Counted from the first letter of the stretch, positions 16,111 to 26,417 are shown. The stretch: DNA of 42,391 bases from Myxococcota bacterium (GCA_039208735.1 JBCCQY010000070.1:1-42391); one strand, 5' to 3'. Numbers and translations are program-made. Notes: generated by a model not told the origin, from the letters alone.

Positions 16111-16678
16111 ATCCGGACGCCGCTTGGGCAACGTGATGCACGATCTTCGGCGTCGTTTGAAGCGGCCGGGGATCGATGCCGCGGTGGTCGATGACCTTGT
16201 GCAACAGGCGGCGCTTCGGCTGGTCCGGACGGTGGGGGCGGAGTTGGGCACTGAGGCATGGCCCGAAGCCAAGCGCAAAGCCTATCTTCGGCGCGTGGCG
16301 AACAGCGTGTGGGCGGATCACTTTCGGCGCCGACGCCCCACTGAGCCGCTGACTCGCGACCCGGTTCAACCGTCGCCCGAACCACAGGCACGGCTAACCA
16401 CGCAGGTGGCGGACTGGTTGCCGCACCTCATCGAACAGCTGCCGCGACCCTACCGCGCATTGATGCGCGAAGTGGAGCTTCAGGGGGCGACCCAGCGAGC
16501 GTTGGCCGATCGGCTGGGGTTGGCGCCGTCTACGGTTCGGACGCGGGTCCAACGGGGGCGTCGTCGGCTTCGGGCACTTCTCGAGGCCTGCTGCGGCGTG
16601 ACCTGGGAGGACGAGGAGGTGGTGGCCGTGGATCGCTGTGTCGACACACCCTGCGGCTGCGATCAGACTCGGCGCTGA
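16107..16678 (+). CDS. SigZ-like ECF sigma factor with Cys-rich tail; probable 1-nt frameshift near 16126
   Basis: DDLVQQ, YLRRVAN...DHFRRRR, LPRPYR, region 4 STVRTRVQRGRRRLR, tail CC..C..CGC. Coupled ATG at 16107 is out of frame with the main ORF (16124-16678). Confidence 0.75.
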
Positions 16679-16731
16679 GCGCCTGCAGGCTCACGCGGTC
16701 AGCTTTCGTTGCTCACGCGCCTGCAAGCTGC

Positions 16732-17088
16732 TCAGTCCTCGTCGTCGACGGTGTCCATGAGTTCCGAGAACGCATCGCACACCGCATTGAAGGCCGCTTC
16801 GTCTTCGACCTCGCCGTAGGCGACCTCCCCTTCCGCCGTCGACATCACGGTGAAGACGTAGGTTTCGATCTCGTCTTCTTCGTCATCACCGTCTTCTTCC
16901 GTGAGCTGGTCAAGGGGCTGGACGACCGCGTAGTCCACCCCTTCGTGCTCGATGACGGCGACGATGAGACCTTCGCGTTCGACGCCATTTTCGTCCTCGA
17001 ACACCATGACATCGTCGTCGGTGATCTCCTCGGAGTCGTCGAACCCGTGAACGTGTCCTTCGCCGTTTTCGTCTTCCGATCCCGCCAT
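16732..17088 (-). CDS. DUF1292-family acidic protein
   Basis: GGAGG RBS; VFEDENGVE...IEHEGVDYAVVQP...EVEDEAAFNAV. Confidence 0.75.
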   Translation of the reverse strand: MAGSEDENGEGHVHGFDDSEEITDDDVMVFEDENGVEREGLIVAVIEHEGVDYAVVQPLDQLTEEDGDDEEDEIETYVFTVMSTAEGEVAYGEVEDEAAFNAVCDAFSELMDTVDDED

Positions 17089-17104
17089 CACAGCACCTCC
17101 TCTT

Positions 17105-18190
17105 TCAGCCGTTGGTGCGTTCGAATTCGGCCATGAAGGCCACCAGCGCATCGACCGCTTCGTCGGTCTGCGCGTTGTAGAGGCTGGCGCGTAGCCCGCC
17201 TACCGAACGGTGGCCCTTCAGGCCCGAGAGCCGAGCCTCGTCGGCCGCCTTGACGAAGGCCGTGTCGAGTTCCGGGTTGCCCGTGGTGAACGTGATGTTC
17301 ATGCGGGAACGCGCGCTCGTTTCGACCTTGCCTTGCCAAAAGTCCGTGCCATCGATCTGCGCGTACACCTTGTTGGCTTGGGCGATGTTGCGGGCCTCGA
17401 TGCCCGACAGTCCGCCCATGTCGTCCTCGAGCCAGCGGCACACTTGCTCAATGACGTAAATGCCAAAGGTGCAGGGCGTGTTCACCATCCCGTCCTTGGC
17501 AACCTGCTTGTCGTAGCGCAGGACATCCGGAACGTCGGAGGCGACCCGATCGAGAAGCGATCGGCGAATCACGCAGATCGTCACGCCAGACGGGCCGACA
17601 TTCTTTTGGGCACCTGCGTAGATGAAGTCGAACTTCGTGCCATCGACGGGATGGGAAAGGAAGTTGCTGGACATGTCGCAAACCAGCCACGCGCCCTTGG
17701 CATCCGGCGTGTGACGGAACTCACCGCCTGCCACGGTGTTGTTCGACGTGTAGTGCAGGTAGCGCGTATCGTTCTGAACGACATAGTCATCGTCGTTGGG
17801 AACCCGGTTCCAGCCCGTTTCCTGGCTTGACCAGGCCACGTCGACGTCGCCGTAGCGAGCCGCATCCTTGGCCGCCATGTCGTCCCAACGACCCGTGTCG
17901 AGGTAGGTCGCGCGGCCACCCTGCAGCATGTTCATCGGAAACTGGAAGAACTGTCCCCGCGCACCGCCCTGCAAGAACAGCACGGCGTATTCGTCAAGGG
18001 AGACCCCCAGCAGTCTTGCGACCCGCGTGCGAGCCGAGACCGCAACCGCGTCGAAGAGCTTGGAACGGTGGCTGCACTCGGCAATGCCCAGTCCGGATTC
18101 GCCAAACTCCCACAAATCTTGCTGGGCTTGCTTCAAGACCGGCTCGGGCAGGATCGCAGGACCCGCCGAGAAGTTGTAGATGCGCGCCAT
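17105..18190 (-). CDS. serC: Phosphoserine aminotransferase
   Basis: YNFSAGPA, SHRS, LQGGA, DMSS, AGAQKN.GPSG, GHRSVGG.RASLYNA. Confidence 0.97.
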   Translation of the reverse strand: MARIYNFSAGPAILPEPVLKQAQQDLWEFGESGLGIAECSHRSKLFDAVAVSARTRVARLLGVSLDEYAVLFLQGGARGQFFQFPMNMLQGGRATYLDTGRWDDMAAKDAARYGDVDVAWSSQETGWNRVPNDDDYVVQNDTRYLHYTSNNTVAGGEFRHTPDAKGAWLVCDMSSNFLSHPVDGTKFDFIYAGAQKNVGPSGVTICVIRRSLLDRVASDVPDVLRYDKQVAKDGMVNTPCTFGIYVIEQVCRWLEDDMGGLSGIEARNIAQANKVYAQIDGTDFWQGKVETSARSRMNITFTTGNPELDTAFVKAADEARLSGLKGHRSVGGLRASLYNAQTDEAVDALVAFMAEFERTNG

Positions 18191-18218
18191 TACGGTACCT
18201 CTTGCTCGATGTTCCGCG

Positions 18219-19418
18219 TCATAGCGGAGTGACAGTCACATGCAACACTGCGGGCAGTGCATGCAGCGTCCGCAACAGGTCGTCGGAGGGAGGCTCGGAG
18301 ACCTGAATCCGTGCGATCGCGGCTCCTCCGGGGAACACGATGTTCTCCATCTCTTGGACGTTGACCGCGGCTTCGGACAAGGGTTTCAGCACCTGGGCGA
18401 GCACGCCAACCTGGTCGAGATGACGAACCACCAGGCGGTGGGTGGCGGCGGTCTCGGTCAGGGTGTTGACCAGATTGACGACCCGCCCTTCATCGCGGAA
18501 CGTCTCTGAGATGCGGCATACCTCGTCACCCACTGCCTCTTGGGCCTGCAGGGTTGACGCGCCGATGTGGTGGGAGCCGTAGACCCGCGGATGTTTGGCC
18601 AAAGGATGGTCGAACGGAGCCGTTTTGTCGGACGGTTCCCCATCGAAGACGTCAAGGGCGGCCCGAAGGTCGTTGGACTCGAGGGCATTGGCGAGCGCGG
18701 TCTCGTCGACCACTTCGGACCGGCTGGTGTTGATAAACAGCGCCCCGTGGCGCATCGTCGAGAAGATCGACTCGCCGACGAGCTTGCTGGTTTCGGGCGT
18801 GAGGGCCACGTGCACGGATACGGCGTCCGCCTGCCGCGCGACCTCTTCGGGGGTCGTCGCAAAGGTCACCCCGAGTTCCGCGGCCCGTTTTGGGGTGAGG
18901 CTTCGTGACCAGGCCAGCACCGTCATGCCCAGCGCTTGGGCACGGGTGGCGACCGCCTGCCCGATCGCCCCAAGGCCGATGAGACCGAGCACCCGCCCTG
19001 AAAGACCTCGCGCCTTGGCGTAGGCGGCTTTGTTCCACTGGCCGTTGCGCAGGTCGCGCACGCCGTCGGGAAGGAACCGGTCGAGGGCGATCAACCAGCC
19101 AATCGTCAGTTCGGCGACCGCTACGGCGTTCTTGCCGGGGCAGTTCGCCACGAAGATCCCTCGTGCAGAGCAAGCGGCCGTGTCGATCGTGTTGGTTCCC
19201 GCCCCCGCCCGAATCACGAGCGAAAGAGAAGGTCCGGCCTCGGTGTGGGTCGCCGTGACCTTGGTGGAACGAACCACCAAGATGTCAGGGTCGAGCTCGG
19301 AAAGCCGCTCGGCCAGACTTTCGCCCTTCAACGTGGGCTCGGCAACGACTTCAAACCCGTGCGAAGCCAGCCGTGTTCGAGTTTGATCCGGCAGTTTGTC
19401 GGCAATCAGGACTCGCAT
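18219..19418 (-). CDS. serA: D-3-phosphoglycerate dehydrogenase with C-terminal ACT domain
   Basis: VRS, RAGAG, GLGAIG, INTSR, LDVF..EP, HIGAST, ACT-like tail; adjacent to serC. Confidence 0.93.
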   Translation of the reverse strand: MRVLIADKLPDQTRTRLASHGFEVVAEPTLKGESLAERLSELDPDILVVRSTKVTATHTEAGPSLSLVIRAGAGTNTIDTAACSARGIFVANCPGKNAVAVAELTIGWLIALDRFLPDGVRDLRNGQWNKAAYAKARGLSGRVLGLIGLGAIGQAVATRAQALGMTVLAWSRSLTPKRAAELGVTFATTPEEVARQADAVSVHVALTPETSKLVGESIFSTMRHGALFINTSRSEVVDETALANALESNDLRAALDVFDGEPSDKTAPFDHPLAKHPRVYGSHHIGASTLQAQEAVGDEVCRISETFRDEGRVVNLVNTLTETAATHRLVVRHLDQVGVLAQVLKPLSEAAVNVQEMENIVFPGGAAIARIQVSEPPSDDLLRTLHALPAVLHVTVTPL

Positions 19419-19590
19419 GATACCTCCTCGCGTTTCCCAGCCTATCCGCTACGGGACGTGCCTCATTGGGCGATCCTGGGGCAATTTGGAAAAGACCTCG
19501 CGCCCACGGGCCTTGAAGGACGCATTTGCCGTTCTTGCAGAAGAACTCGCATGAGACTGCGCTATGCTCAAATGACGTCTCGGGGGTTTC

Positions 19591-20736
19591 TTGCGTCCCT
19601 GCGTGCTTGTCGTCGACGACGACTATCTTGTTCTACGCTCGGTCACGAAGATGCTTCGGACCGCCGGTTTCCAGGTGTTTCAGGCGAACACCGTAGCCAC
19701 TGCCTTGCATGTGGCTCGCGTGGAGGAGCTGGATGTTGCGCTGGTCGACTACTCGCTCCTTGGGGAGACGGGTCTCGACGTATTGACCGCACTTCAGCGC
19801 ATCCGGCCGCGTTGTCTACGCGTTCTTATGACCGGTCGCACCCAAGCGGATATTTTTGTTGATGCGGTAAATGAAGGGATGATTTCCCGGGTTCTGCGCA
19901 AGCCCTTCTCCGTTCGTGAAATCACCGATTGGGTGACCGAGGCCCTCGAGTCGGCCCGTCGTGACCGCGAGGTCCAAACTGCACAACGCCGGGCGGAGAT
20001 GGAAGCCGAGCAGCGATTGCTCGATGTGGCGATTGAAGCGAGTCGGTTGTCGCTGGCCCTTCAGCCGATCGTCTCGGTTTCGGGGCCCCACCAAGGGGTA
20101 CCGGTCGCCTACGAAGCGCTTCTTCGCCCAAAGCATCCGGTGCTGACGAGTCCCCTCGCCGTCCTCGCGATGGCGGAACGCTACGGGCAGATCGGCACCC
20201 TAAGCACCCGCGTGCTCGCCATCGCGGCGCGCCTCATGCCAGGTCTGCCCGACAATGCGCGGTTCTTCTTGAACCTGCACCCCGCTCAGTTGGGCCACCC
20301 CGAGTCGTTGGCCGACGATCTGAGTGATTTTGTGCCGTACGCGCACCGGGTGGTCCTCGAAATAACGGAACGAAGCCGACTTCATGACATTCCGCGGTGG
20401 GAAGAGTCGGTCGCATGGATGAATGAGCACGGGTTCTCGATCGCGGTCGACGACCTGGGCGCCGGTCATTCCTCACTGTTGATGGTGGCGGACCTCGAGC
20501 CGGCGTTCCTCAAGATCGACATGGATCTTGTGCGCAACTTGCACCACTCTCCACGTCGTCAGCGACTGGTTTCGCTACTCCAGACGTTCGCCGAAGCCAC
20601 CCAGACGCAGGTCGTCGCGGAAGGCGTCGAGACGGAAGACGAGGTGGAGACCCTGCTTGGGTGCGGGATTCACCTGATGCAGGGCTACTACTGGGCCATG
20701 CCCTCTGAGCCACGACCGCCGCTCGTTCCGGCGTGA
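19591..20736 (+). CDS. REC-EAL response regulator (c-di-GMP phosphodiesterase)
   Basis: REC VVDDD..D..MTG..KPF; EAL motifs QP, YEALLR, N, EITE, DDLGAG, KID, EGVE, QGY. Confidence 0.92.
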   Translation: MRPCVLVVDDDYLVLRSVTKMLRTAGFQVFQANTVATALHVARVEELDVALVDYSLLGETGLDVLTALQRIRPRCLRVLMTGRTQADIFVDAVNEGMISRVLRKPFSVREITDWVTEALESARRDREVQTAQRRAEMEAEQRLLDVAIEASRLSLALQPIVSVSGPHQGVPVAYEALLRPKHPVLTSPLAVLAMAERYGQIGTLSTRVLAIAARLMPGLPDNARFFLNLHPAQLGHPESLADDLSDFVPYAHRVVLEITERSRLHDIPRWEESVAWMNEHGFSIAVDDLGAGHSSLLMVADLEPAFLKIDMDLVRNLHHSPRRQRLVSLLQTFAEATQTQVVAEGVETEDEVETLLGCGIHLMQGYYWAMPSEPRPPLVPA

Positions 20737-20748
20737 AGCGTCTGGGTC

Positions 20749-21951
20749 CTATTGGATTCGGCGGCTGACCACGCCTTCGCGCAGTTTGGGTTCGAACCAT
20801 GTGGACTTGGGTGGCATGACCTGTTCGGCGTCGGCCACGGCAAACAGCTGGTCGAGGCCGGTGGGGTACAGGTGAAACGCCACCCCAGCGCCGTCATCGA
20901 CGGCGACCGCCAGGGCATCGGCACCATGAATCCCGCCGATAAAGCGGATGCGGGCAGACCGCCGAGGGTCGTCGATCCCCAACAGGGGCCCCAAGATGCG
21001 CCGCTGGAGCACTGCCACGTCCAGCCCCTCGACCGGATGATCGGATCGATGTTCGGGTCGCGTGACGAGCCGGTACCAGGTGTCGCCAAGGCGCATGGTG
21101 AGCTGGCCCCGTTCGGTCGGCACCGGATCGTCGGTCGGTGCGATCTCGTAGGTCTGGCCAACGCGGTCGAGGAACGCGGCTGCGTCGAGCCCGTTCAGGT
21201 CGGCCACCACACGATTGTAGGCCATGACCTGCAGCTGGTCCGACGGGTAAATGCCAGCGAGGAAAGTCGAATTTAGCTCGTTGGGGTTGGCGGCATGGAC
21301 CCGTGATGCGGCCGCCGAGCGGTGATGCCCGTCCGCAATGTAGAGGGTGGGAATGGCCTCGAAGGCAGCTTCGAGTGATGCCGTCTCGGACTCTGGGACG
21401 ACCCAGAAGCGATGGATGACGTCATCTTCGGTGGTGACCTCCCACAGCGGCGAAGCGGCGGCGAGGCGCTGTACGAGCGAGGACAACGCGGCATTGGGAC
21501 GGTGGGCGAGGAACACGAGGCCCACCTGAGCGCCGATCACCTGCATGTGGTGCGTACGATCGTCTTCTTTGTCGGGTCGCGTGAACTCATGGCGGGCGAT
21601 TTGCCCCTGGTCATACTCGGCCACCGAAGCCGCTCCGAGAACGCCGATCTGGGTGTGGTGGCCCATGGTCTGGCCGTACAAGTAGAAGCGAGGTTCTGAA
21701 TCTTCGACCAGGGCCTGCTGTTCGACGAGGGCCGTCAGGTTGTCGCGGGCCATGGCGTACGCTTCGTCGCTGTGCGGATCGCGACCTTCGGGCAGATCCA
21801 CTTCCGCCCGGGTCACGTGAACGAAATGCACAGGATCTCGGCTCAAGGTGCGACATTCCTGATGGGATAGCACGTCGTAGGGGGGCGCAATCACGCGCGC
21901 GGCCAGCTCTTTGGCGGGCCGAAGCGCGCGAAAGGGGCGTACCTTAGCCAT
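20749..21951 (-). CDS. DUF1015-family protein
   Basis: PFRALRP, PPYDV, HEFT...KE.DR, YIADGHHR, MPPKSTWFEPK. Confidence 0.92.
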   Translation of the reverse strand: MAKVRPFRALRPAKELAARVIAPPYDVLSHQECRTLSRDPVHFVHVTRAEVDLPEGRDPHSDEAYAMARDNLTALVEQQALVEDSEPRFYLYGQTMGHHTQIGVLGAASVAEYDQGQIARHEFTRPDKEDDRTHHMQVIGAQVGLVFLAHRPNAALSSLVQRLAAASPLWEVTTEDDVIHRFWVVPESETASLEAAFEAIPTLYIADGHHRSAAASRVHAANPNELNSTFLAGIYPSDQLQVMAYNRVVADLNGLDAAAFLDRVGQTYEIAPTDDPVPTERGQLTMRLGDTWYRLVTRPEHRSDHPVEGLDVAVLQRRILGPLLGIDDPRRSARIRFIGGIHGADALAVAVDDGAGVAFHLYPTGLDQLFAVADAEQVMPPKSTWFEPKLREGVVSRRIQ

Positions 21952-22034
21952 GGGACACTCCAACCTCTGGGTGCGGTTTCATACCTCAAGTTGCGCGGTG
22001 CAGGGGGCGGGTGCGGCGTGCTAACGTCGACGCC

Positions 22035-22787
22035 ATGATGGCTTGGGCCCTGGGGATCGCGCTGGCGATGGCTACGGAATCGGCCGATACTTGGCAGATC
22101 GGTGTGGTTGCGCCGTGGCCAGACGGTCTTGCTGCGGACGAAGTGGATCTTCGTGCGGCACGGGTCGCCGGTGTATGGCCCCAGGCCCACGTCGAAGGCA
22201 CCGTCCAACACATCGCCTGTACGTCCCCTTGGTGCCTGGTGGTCGTCGACTGGACGGTGACGCCGCCCGAGGGGCCGCCCTTCACCACCCGCACCAGTGG
22301 GGGGGCGGAGGCGACGGAACTCGAAGGGGCCTTTCTGGGCGCTCTAAAACGTGCGGTGGAGGAACTGGGGGAGGTTTCCGTCGAGCCGCCCGCCGATGTG
22401 GAGGTGCCGTCTCCCACCCGGGTGCCCCCAAGTCGTGGGGATCGGTGGATGATCCGGGGCGGCTACACGTTGGGCGTGGGCACGGGGTTGGTGCTGTTGT
22501 CGGGCGTCTTCAATGACCCTGACGTTCGCGGCATTACCGTGACGACGGGGGTGGTGGCGTTCGCCGCGGGGCTGGGCATGGCGGCTTATGGCCTTTCGCT
22601 CGGCCCCGATCAGCCGTCGCTGATGCTGTTGCCAAGCTCGACAAGGGCCGGGGGACCCGGGGTGGAGGTCGTCGGGCGATTGCGAGGGCGGCGGGCCCGA
22701 CGGTACGGATCGAGCACCGCGGGTGTTCACCAACGCGGAACGCGGAGCCTTCATGTCGACCGATCCCGCTCTCGAACCCAACCTTGA
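22035..22787 (+). CDS. Hypothetical exported/membrane protein
   Basis: Signal peptide-like N-terminus and two Gly-rich hydrophobic helices; 3' end overlaps msrB by 35 bp. Confidence 0.55.
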   Translation: MMAWALGIALAMATESADTWQIGVVAPWPDGLAADEVDLRAARVAGVWPQAHVEGTVQHIACTSPWCLVVVDWTVTPPEGPPFTTRTSGGAEATELEGAFLGALKRAVEELGEVSVEPPADVEVPSPTRVPPSRGDRWMIRGGYTLGVGTGLVLLSGVFNDPDVRGITVTTGVVAFAAGLGMAAYGLSLGPDQPSLMLLPSSTRAGGPGVEVVGRLRGRRARRYGSSTAGVHQRGTRSLHVDRSRSRTQP

Positions 22788-23223
22788 CGCGCAGAACCTG
22801 TCGCTGAACGACTGGAAGCAGGTGCTCACCCCGATCGAGTTTGCCATTTTGCGGGAACATGGGACCGAACGTCCGGGCACGGGGCGCTACCTCAATGAAG
22901 AACGGCCCGGGGCTTACCATTGCGCAGGATGCGGGCAGCGACTGTACGACGGCAATGCGAAGTTCCATTCGGGCTGTGGCTGGCCATCCTTTTTCCAGGA
23001 GGTCGAGCCGGGCGCGATTCGCACCCTGACCGATACGTCGCACGGCATGGTGCGGACCGAGATGCGCTGCGCACGCTGCGACGGTCATCTGGGTCACATC
23101 TTCAAGGACGCGCCCCATCAGCCGACCGGCCTTCGCCATTGCGTCAACGGGTTTGCCCTGGTGTTTGTGCCTGATGGGGAGGACCCCGCCGAGGTGTTGG
23201 CCAACCACCGGCAATCTGGTTGA
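22753..23223 (+). CDS. msrB: Peptide-methionine (R)-S-oxide reductase
   Basis: GTERP, CxxC, GCGWPSF, RTE..CxxC.GHLGHIF.D, RHCVN. Confidence 0.96.
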   Translation: MSTDPALEPNLDAQNLSLNDWKQVLTPIEFAILREHGTERPGTGRYLNEERPGAYHCAGCGQRLYDGNAKFHSGCGWPSFFQEVEPGAIRTLTDTSHGMVRTEMRCARCDGHLGHIFKDAPHQPTGLRHCVNGFALVFVPDGEDPAEVLANHRQSG

Positions 23224-23315
23224 CGAATGCGGTGAACCGCATCTAGCGAGGGTTCGGTCGCGGGGCTACGATGCCTCCGATAACGGGACCAGATGGGCGA
23301 GTTGGGGAGCGCGGC

Positions 23316-26300
23316 ATGGCCTTCGAGTGGGTAGCGGGCCTTTTCCAGGGTGACAATCAGCAGACGCGTGGACTCTCTGGCGACAACGCCCAGTCCGTTG
23401 CGTTGGACGATGCCAACCCGTACTACAATTACCGGCTACGGCGACATCGCGCAGAAGGCGATATCGTTCAGGACCCCGGCTTGCTTTGGTATACGTCGCC
23501 CTACGTTAAGCGGCGTACTGGGCTGGGCACCCACGTCGGCGTCGAGGTGGGGGACGGCACCGCGAACTACACCGACATTCTGCTGATCATTTCGCGCGAT
23601 GATTTTGCGAGTGCGTCCAATGAGTGGCAGCAAAACGTCATTCGCACGCTCCAGCAGGAGTTCGAGAACTTCTGCCGCCGTGAAAACTTCTCGCGGTTGC
23701 ACGCCCACCGTCCGCTCGGCGTGAGGATCCTCGAAGATGGCTCGCCAGGTATGGGAGGTCAAAACCTGAACCTCACCCGCGGCGAATTCGTGACGGGGCT
23801 CCTGCCGAACCTCTACACGGGTCCGGTTCGCGGAAGCTACCCGGTCATCGGAGTGCACGTGAACTTGCCGGGCGTTTGGGAGGGCTACCACGAGGTTGGC
23901 CGCCTGCATAACGACCAGGTCTTGTTCACGTTGGGCAACCACTGGCTCGACAACTTTTCGCACCCATCGCTCGAACAAGCGGCGCTGTATCGCCTTCGCC
24001 AATACCCAGATGGCTCCTTCGTTCACATCGTGAACCCCGACCTCCAGGATCGCTACGAGGTCACCAGTACCGACCAGGGCGGAGCCAGCGTACTTACCTT
24101 GGGCACGCGCGATGGGGTGCCCCTCGCCTATCTGGTCCTCGCGGTCATCGATCCGCCCGCGATCCGGCCGGCCCCTCGGTTGGCTCGTCCGGGCATCCAG
24201 ATGCCGAAGCCTCCGGTTCAGCCCACCCCGCGCAGCGAGGCGCGTGACAACGGGGTGCCGTCCATCGCCCCCCCCATGCTGATGGACGACGAAGACGTGG
24301 GCTCGACGGGAGGCGCTGGAGACTCCTCTTCGTCGAAGCTCGGCGGCAAGACGATCATCCCTGACACGCCGTCCGAGCGCATCTTCACGTTCCAGGAACG
24401 CGGTGCCCTGCTGCAGCGGGTGCATTTCTCGGCTTTCATGCTTGGCTATGATGTGTATCTGGGTTCGCGTGGGGAACTCGGCACGCACGTCGAGGATCCG
24501 GCGGCGACGTTCCAGGTGCGCAAGCGTTCGGTTGCGCTCGTCGCGCACATCGACGGTGTGATGGTGGGCGGTCGTACGGTGCCGGCCGGACTCGAAGTCC
24601 CCATTGAGGGCGATGTGCGCATCGAGGTCGCGGGCCAGCAGCTCGAATACCGCGACTTGCGCCACTGCAAGGTCGATGGGTGGCCGTACGTGGGCGAGAT
24701 TCGTCGCCCGGCCTCCTCGACCTACATGATTTGGGGTGAAGACTACCAGGTCGGCCGTTCCCGAGAGTGCCGGGTGGTCTTGCCTGATGAACCGCGCAAC
24801 GAGAACATCCATTGGAAGCCCTCGGTGGGCGATGGCGCCACGATTCGTGCTCGTACCGGGGAGATTCCCAAGGCGCGGTTCTACACCGATTCGATCATGG
24901 TCGCCTCTGAGCACTCGACGATCGATCTGCGGGCCGATTTGCCGCGTGTGGTCTGCACCGCGCGGCATTGCTACAGCTACGTGCGGCGCAATGGCGAAGT
25001 TATGCCGTTGTATCCTTCGGAATCGCCCCACGATCCGAAGCAGTCTGAGCTGTTCCCCGGTGATGAAGTGCTCATCGGCAACTGCCTCTTCCACGTGGGG
25101 TACTCGCCAGCCGACGCGCAGCCCGCTGCGCCCGCACCCCGGTCCGAGCGAACGGCCGACGATCTCGCGCAGTTCGTGCCCGAGCCCGACATTGAGGCCC
25201 TCGACCACAAAGATGATTCCTCGGTCACCAAGCAGGCGACCCATCCGGGAGCGCCTCCAGGCATGATGGAGCCCTACCCGGGCGAGGAGCCGGTGCGGCC
25301 CAACGTCCACACCGACTCTATTCATTTTGATGGGTCCGATGATTCTACACAGCCCGGCTACCCCTCGCCCGGGGTCGGGGCTGAGACCTATGACGCCTCT
25401 GAGCCGGCGAGTGGATCCTTCGACCGCGCCGATCAGGCCTACATCGATGGCAACTCCAATGGTGCTTGGGATGGTGAAGACTGGTCCGAGGAGGATCGTC
25501 CGGTTTCGACCACCTTCGGCGAGATGAACCACGCTCACGACCCCCCCGTCGAGGTCCCCAAGCCGTTCCCCGACGTGACGGCCAACGGGCTTCCTCCACA
25601 TCAACCCGAGACCGTCGAGGACGACCCCACGGCACACTCCACGCCTGCGACGGGCACCGCCGATGGCGTCGTGTTTACCGACGACAACGCAGCCAAATTT
25701 GAACTCGGGCGCCCGATGCACCTGATCTTGGCGGGGTGGACGGTCAACGGTGAGGTGGTGTGCGGCAACCACGATGGGGCAAACCTCGTGGTTCCCGAAA
25801 ACCGGATCGTCGAGTCTCAGACCTTCGCGTCGACAGACTACTTCCGGCTGCGCATCCGGGGTCACCGCGGGGAGCTGACGGTGCTCAACGCCAACGAACT
25901 GCTCATCGATGAGGATGCGCCGCAGCTCGAAACCTACGCGGATCCTGGGTCTCACGTGATCGACATCATTCGGCGCGATGAGCGTGGCGAGAGCGATTTT
26001 GCGGTTCGGCTGCGTGTTGTCGAAGATTCGAGCTTGCCCGATCCGCGCGCTCGTTTCGTCGCGCTCGACTTCAACGATCCCCTCGCTGCAGCTCTCGTTA
26101 CGAGAGGTTTGCCCACCGGAACCTCGCGACGCCTCAACCTCGGGGGCCTCGAGATGGATCTCCTGTACGACAACGACAAGGTGATCGTGTCAGGTTACGT
26201 CGATGGGTACCGCAAAGGCGACGGATTCTACCCGTTTTTCGTCCAGAAGCAGGGCGCACGGTTCAAAACCGCTCCTGAAGATGGAACGGCGTTTGAACTG

Positions 26301-26357
26301 ATGAACGGCGATCGGATGGTCATTGGGAGTTGCGTGTACGTGTTGCGGGAGGAATGA
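23316..26357 (+). CDS. Large FhaA-like protein with several FHA-like beta domains and low-complexity linkers
   Basis: YQVGRSREC...ASEH...LFPGDEVLIG and LMNGDRMVIG are FHA-like; DUF3662-like N-terminal segment; PP2C gene follows. Confidence 0.7.
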   Translation: MAFEWVAGLFQGDNQQTRGLSGDNAQSVALDDANPYYNYRLRRHRAEGDIVQDPGLLWYTSPYVKRRTGLGTHVGVEVGDGTANYTDILLIISRDDFASASNEWQQNVIRTLQQEFENFCRRENFSRLHAHRPLGVRILEDGSPGMGGQNLNLTRGEFVTGLLPNLYTGPVRGSYPVIGVHVNLPGVWEGYHEVGRLHNDQVLFTLGNHWLDNFSHPSLEQAALYRLRQYPDGSFVHIVNPDLQDRYEVTSTDQGGASVLTLGTRDGVPLAYLVLAVIDPPAIRPAPRLARPGIQMPKPPVQPTPRSEARDNGVPSIAPPMLMDDEDVGSTGGAGDSSSSKLGGKTIIPDTPSERIFTFQERGALLQRVHFSAFMLGYDVYLGSRGELGTHVEDPAATFQVRKRSVALVAHIDGVMVGGRTVPAGLEVPIEGDVRIEVAGQQLEYRDLRHCKVDGWPYVGEIRRPASSTYMIWGEDYQVGRSRECRVVLPDEPRNENIHWKPSVGDGATIRARTGEIPKARFYTDSIMVASEHSTIDLRADLPRVVCTARHCYSYVRRNGEVMPLYPSESPHDPKQSELFPGDEVLIGNCLFHVGYSPADAQPAAPAPRSERTADDLAQFVPEPDIEALDHKDDSSVTKQATHPGAPPGMMEPYPGEEPVRPNVHTDSIHFDGSDDSTQPGYPSPGVGAETYDASEPASGSFDRADQAYIDGNSNGAWDGEDWSEEDRPVSTTFGEMNHAHDPPVEVPKPFPDVTANGLPPHQPETVEDDPTAHSTPATGTADGVVFTDDNAAKFELGRPMHLILAGWTVNGEVVCGNHDGANLVVPENRIVESQTFASTDYFRLRIRGHRGELTVLNANELLIDEDAPQLETYADPGSHVIDIIRRDERGESDFAVRLRVVEDSSLPDPRARFVALDFNDPLAAALVTRGLPTGTSRRLNLGGLEMDLLYDNDKVIVSGYVDGYRKGDGFYPFFVQKQGARFKTAPEDGTAFELMNGDRMVIGSCVYVLREE

Positions 26358-26417
26358 CGGCCGATGGGGGTGGTGGTACGCTCCTGAACCGAGGATGCCT
26401 TGGTCTATGACCCCCAG

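Noticed and set aside
16676..16732. Short repeats GCGCCTGCA and GCTCACGCG between convergent genes
   Set aside because: Only two 9-bp copies each; no array or clear terminator; may be chance or a weak hairpin.
23436..25955. 839-aa minus-strand ORF
   Set aside because: Antisense shadow of the FHA-like gene; Arg/Gly/Val-rich with no motifs, typical of high-GC DNA.
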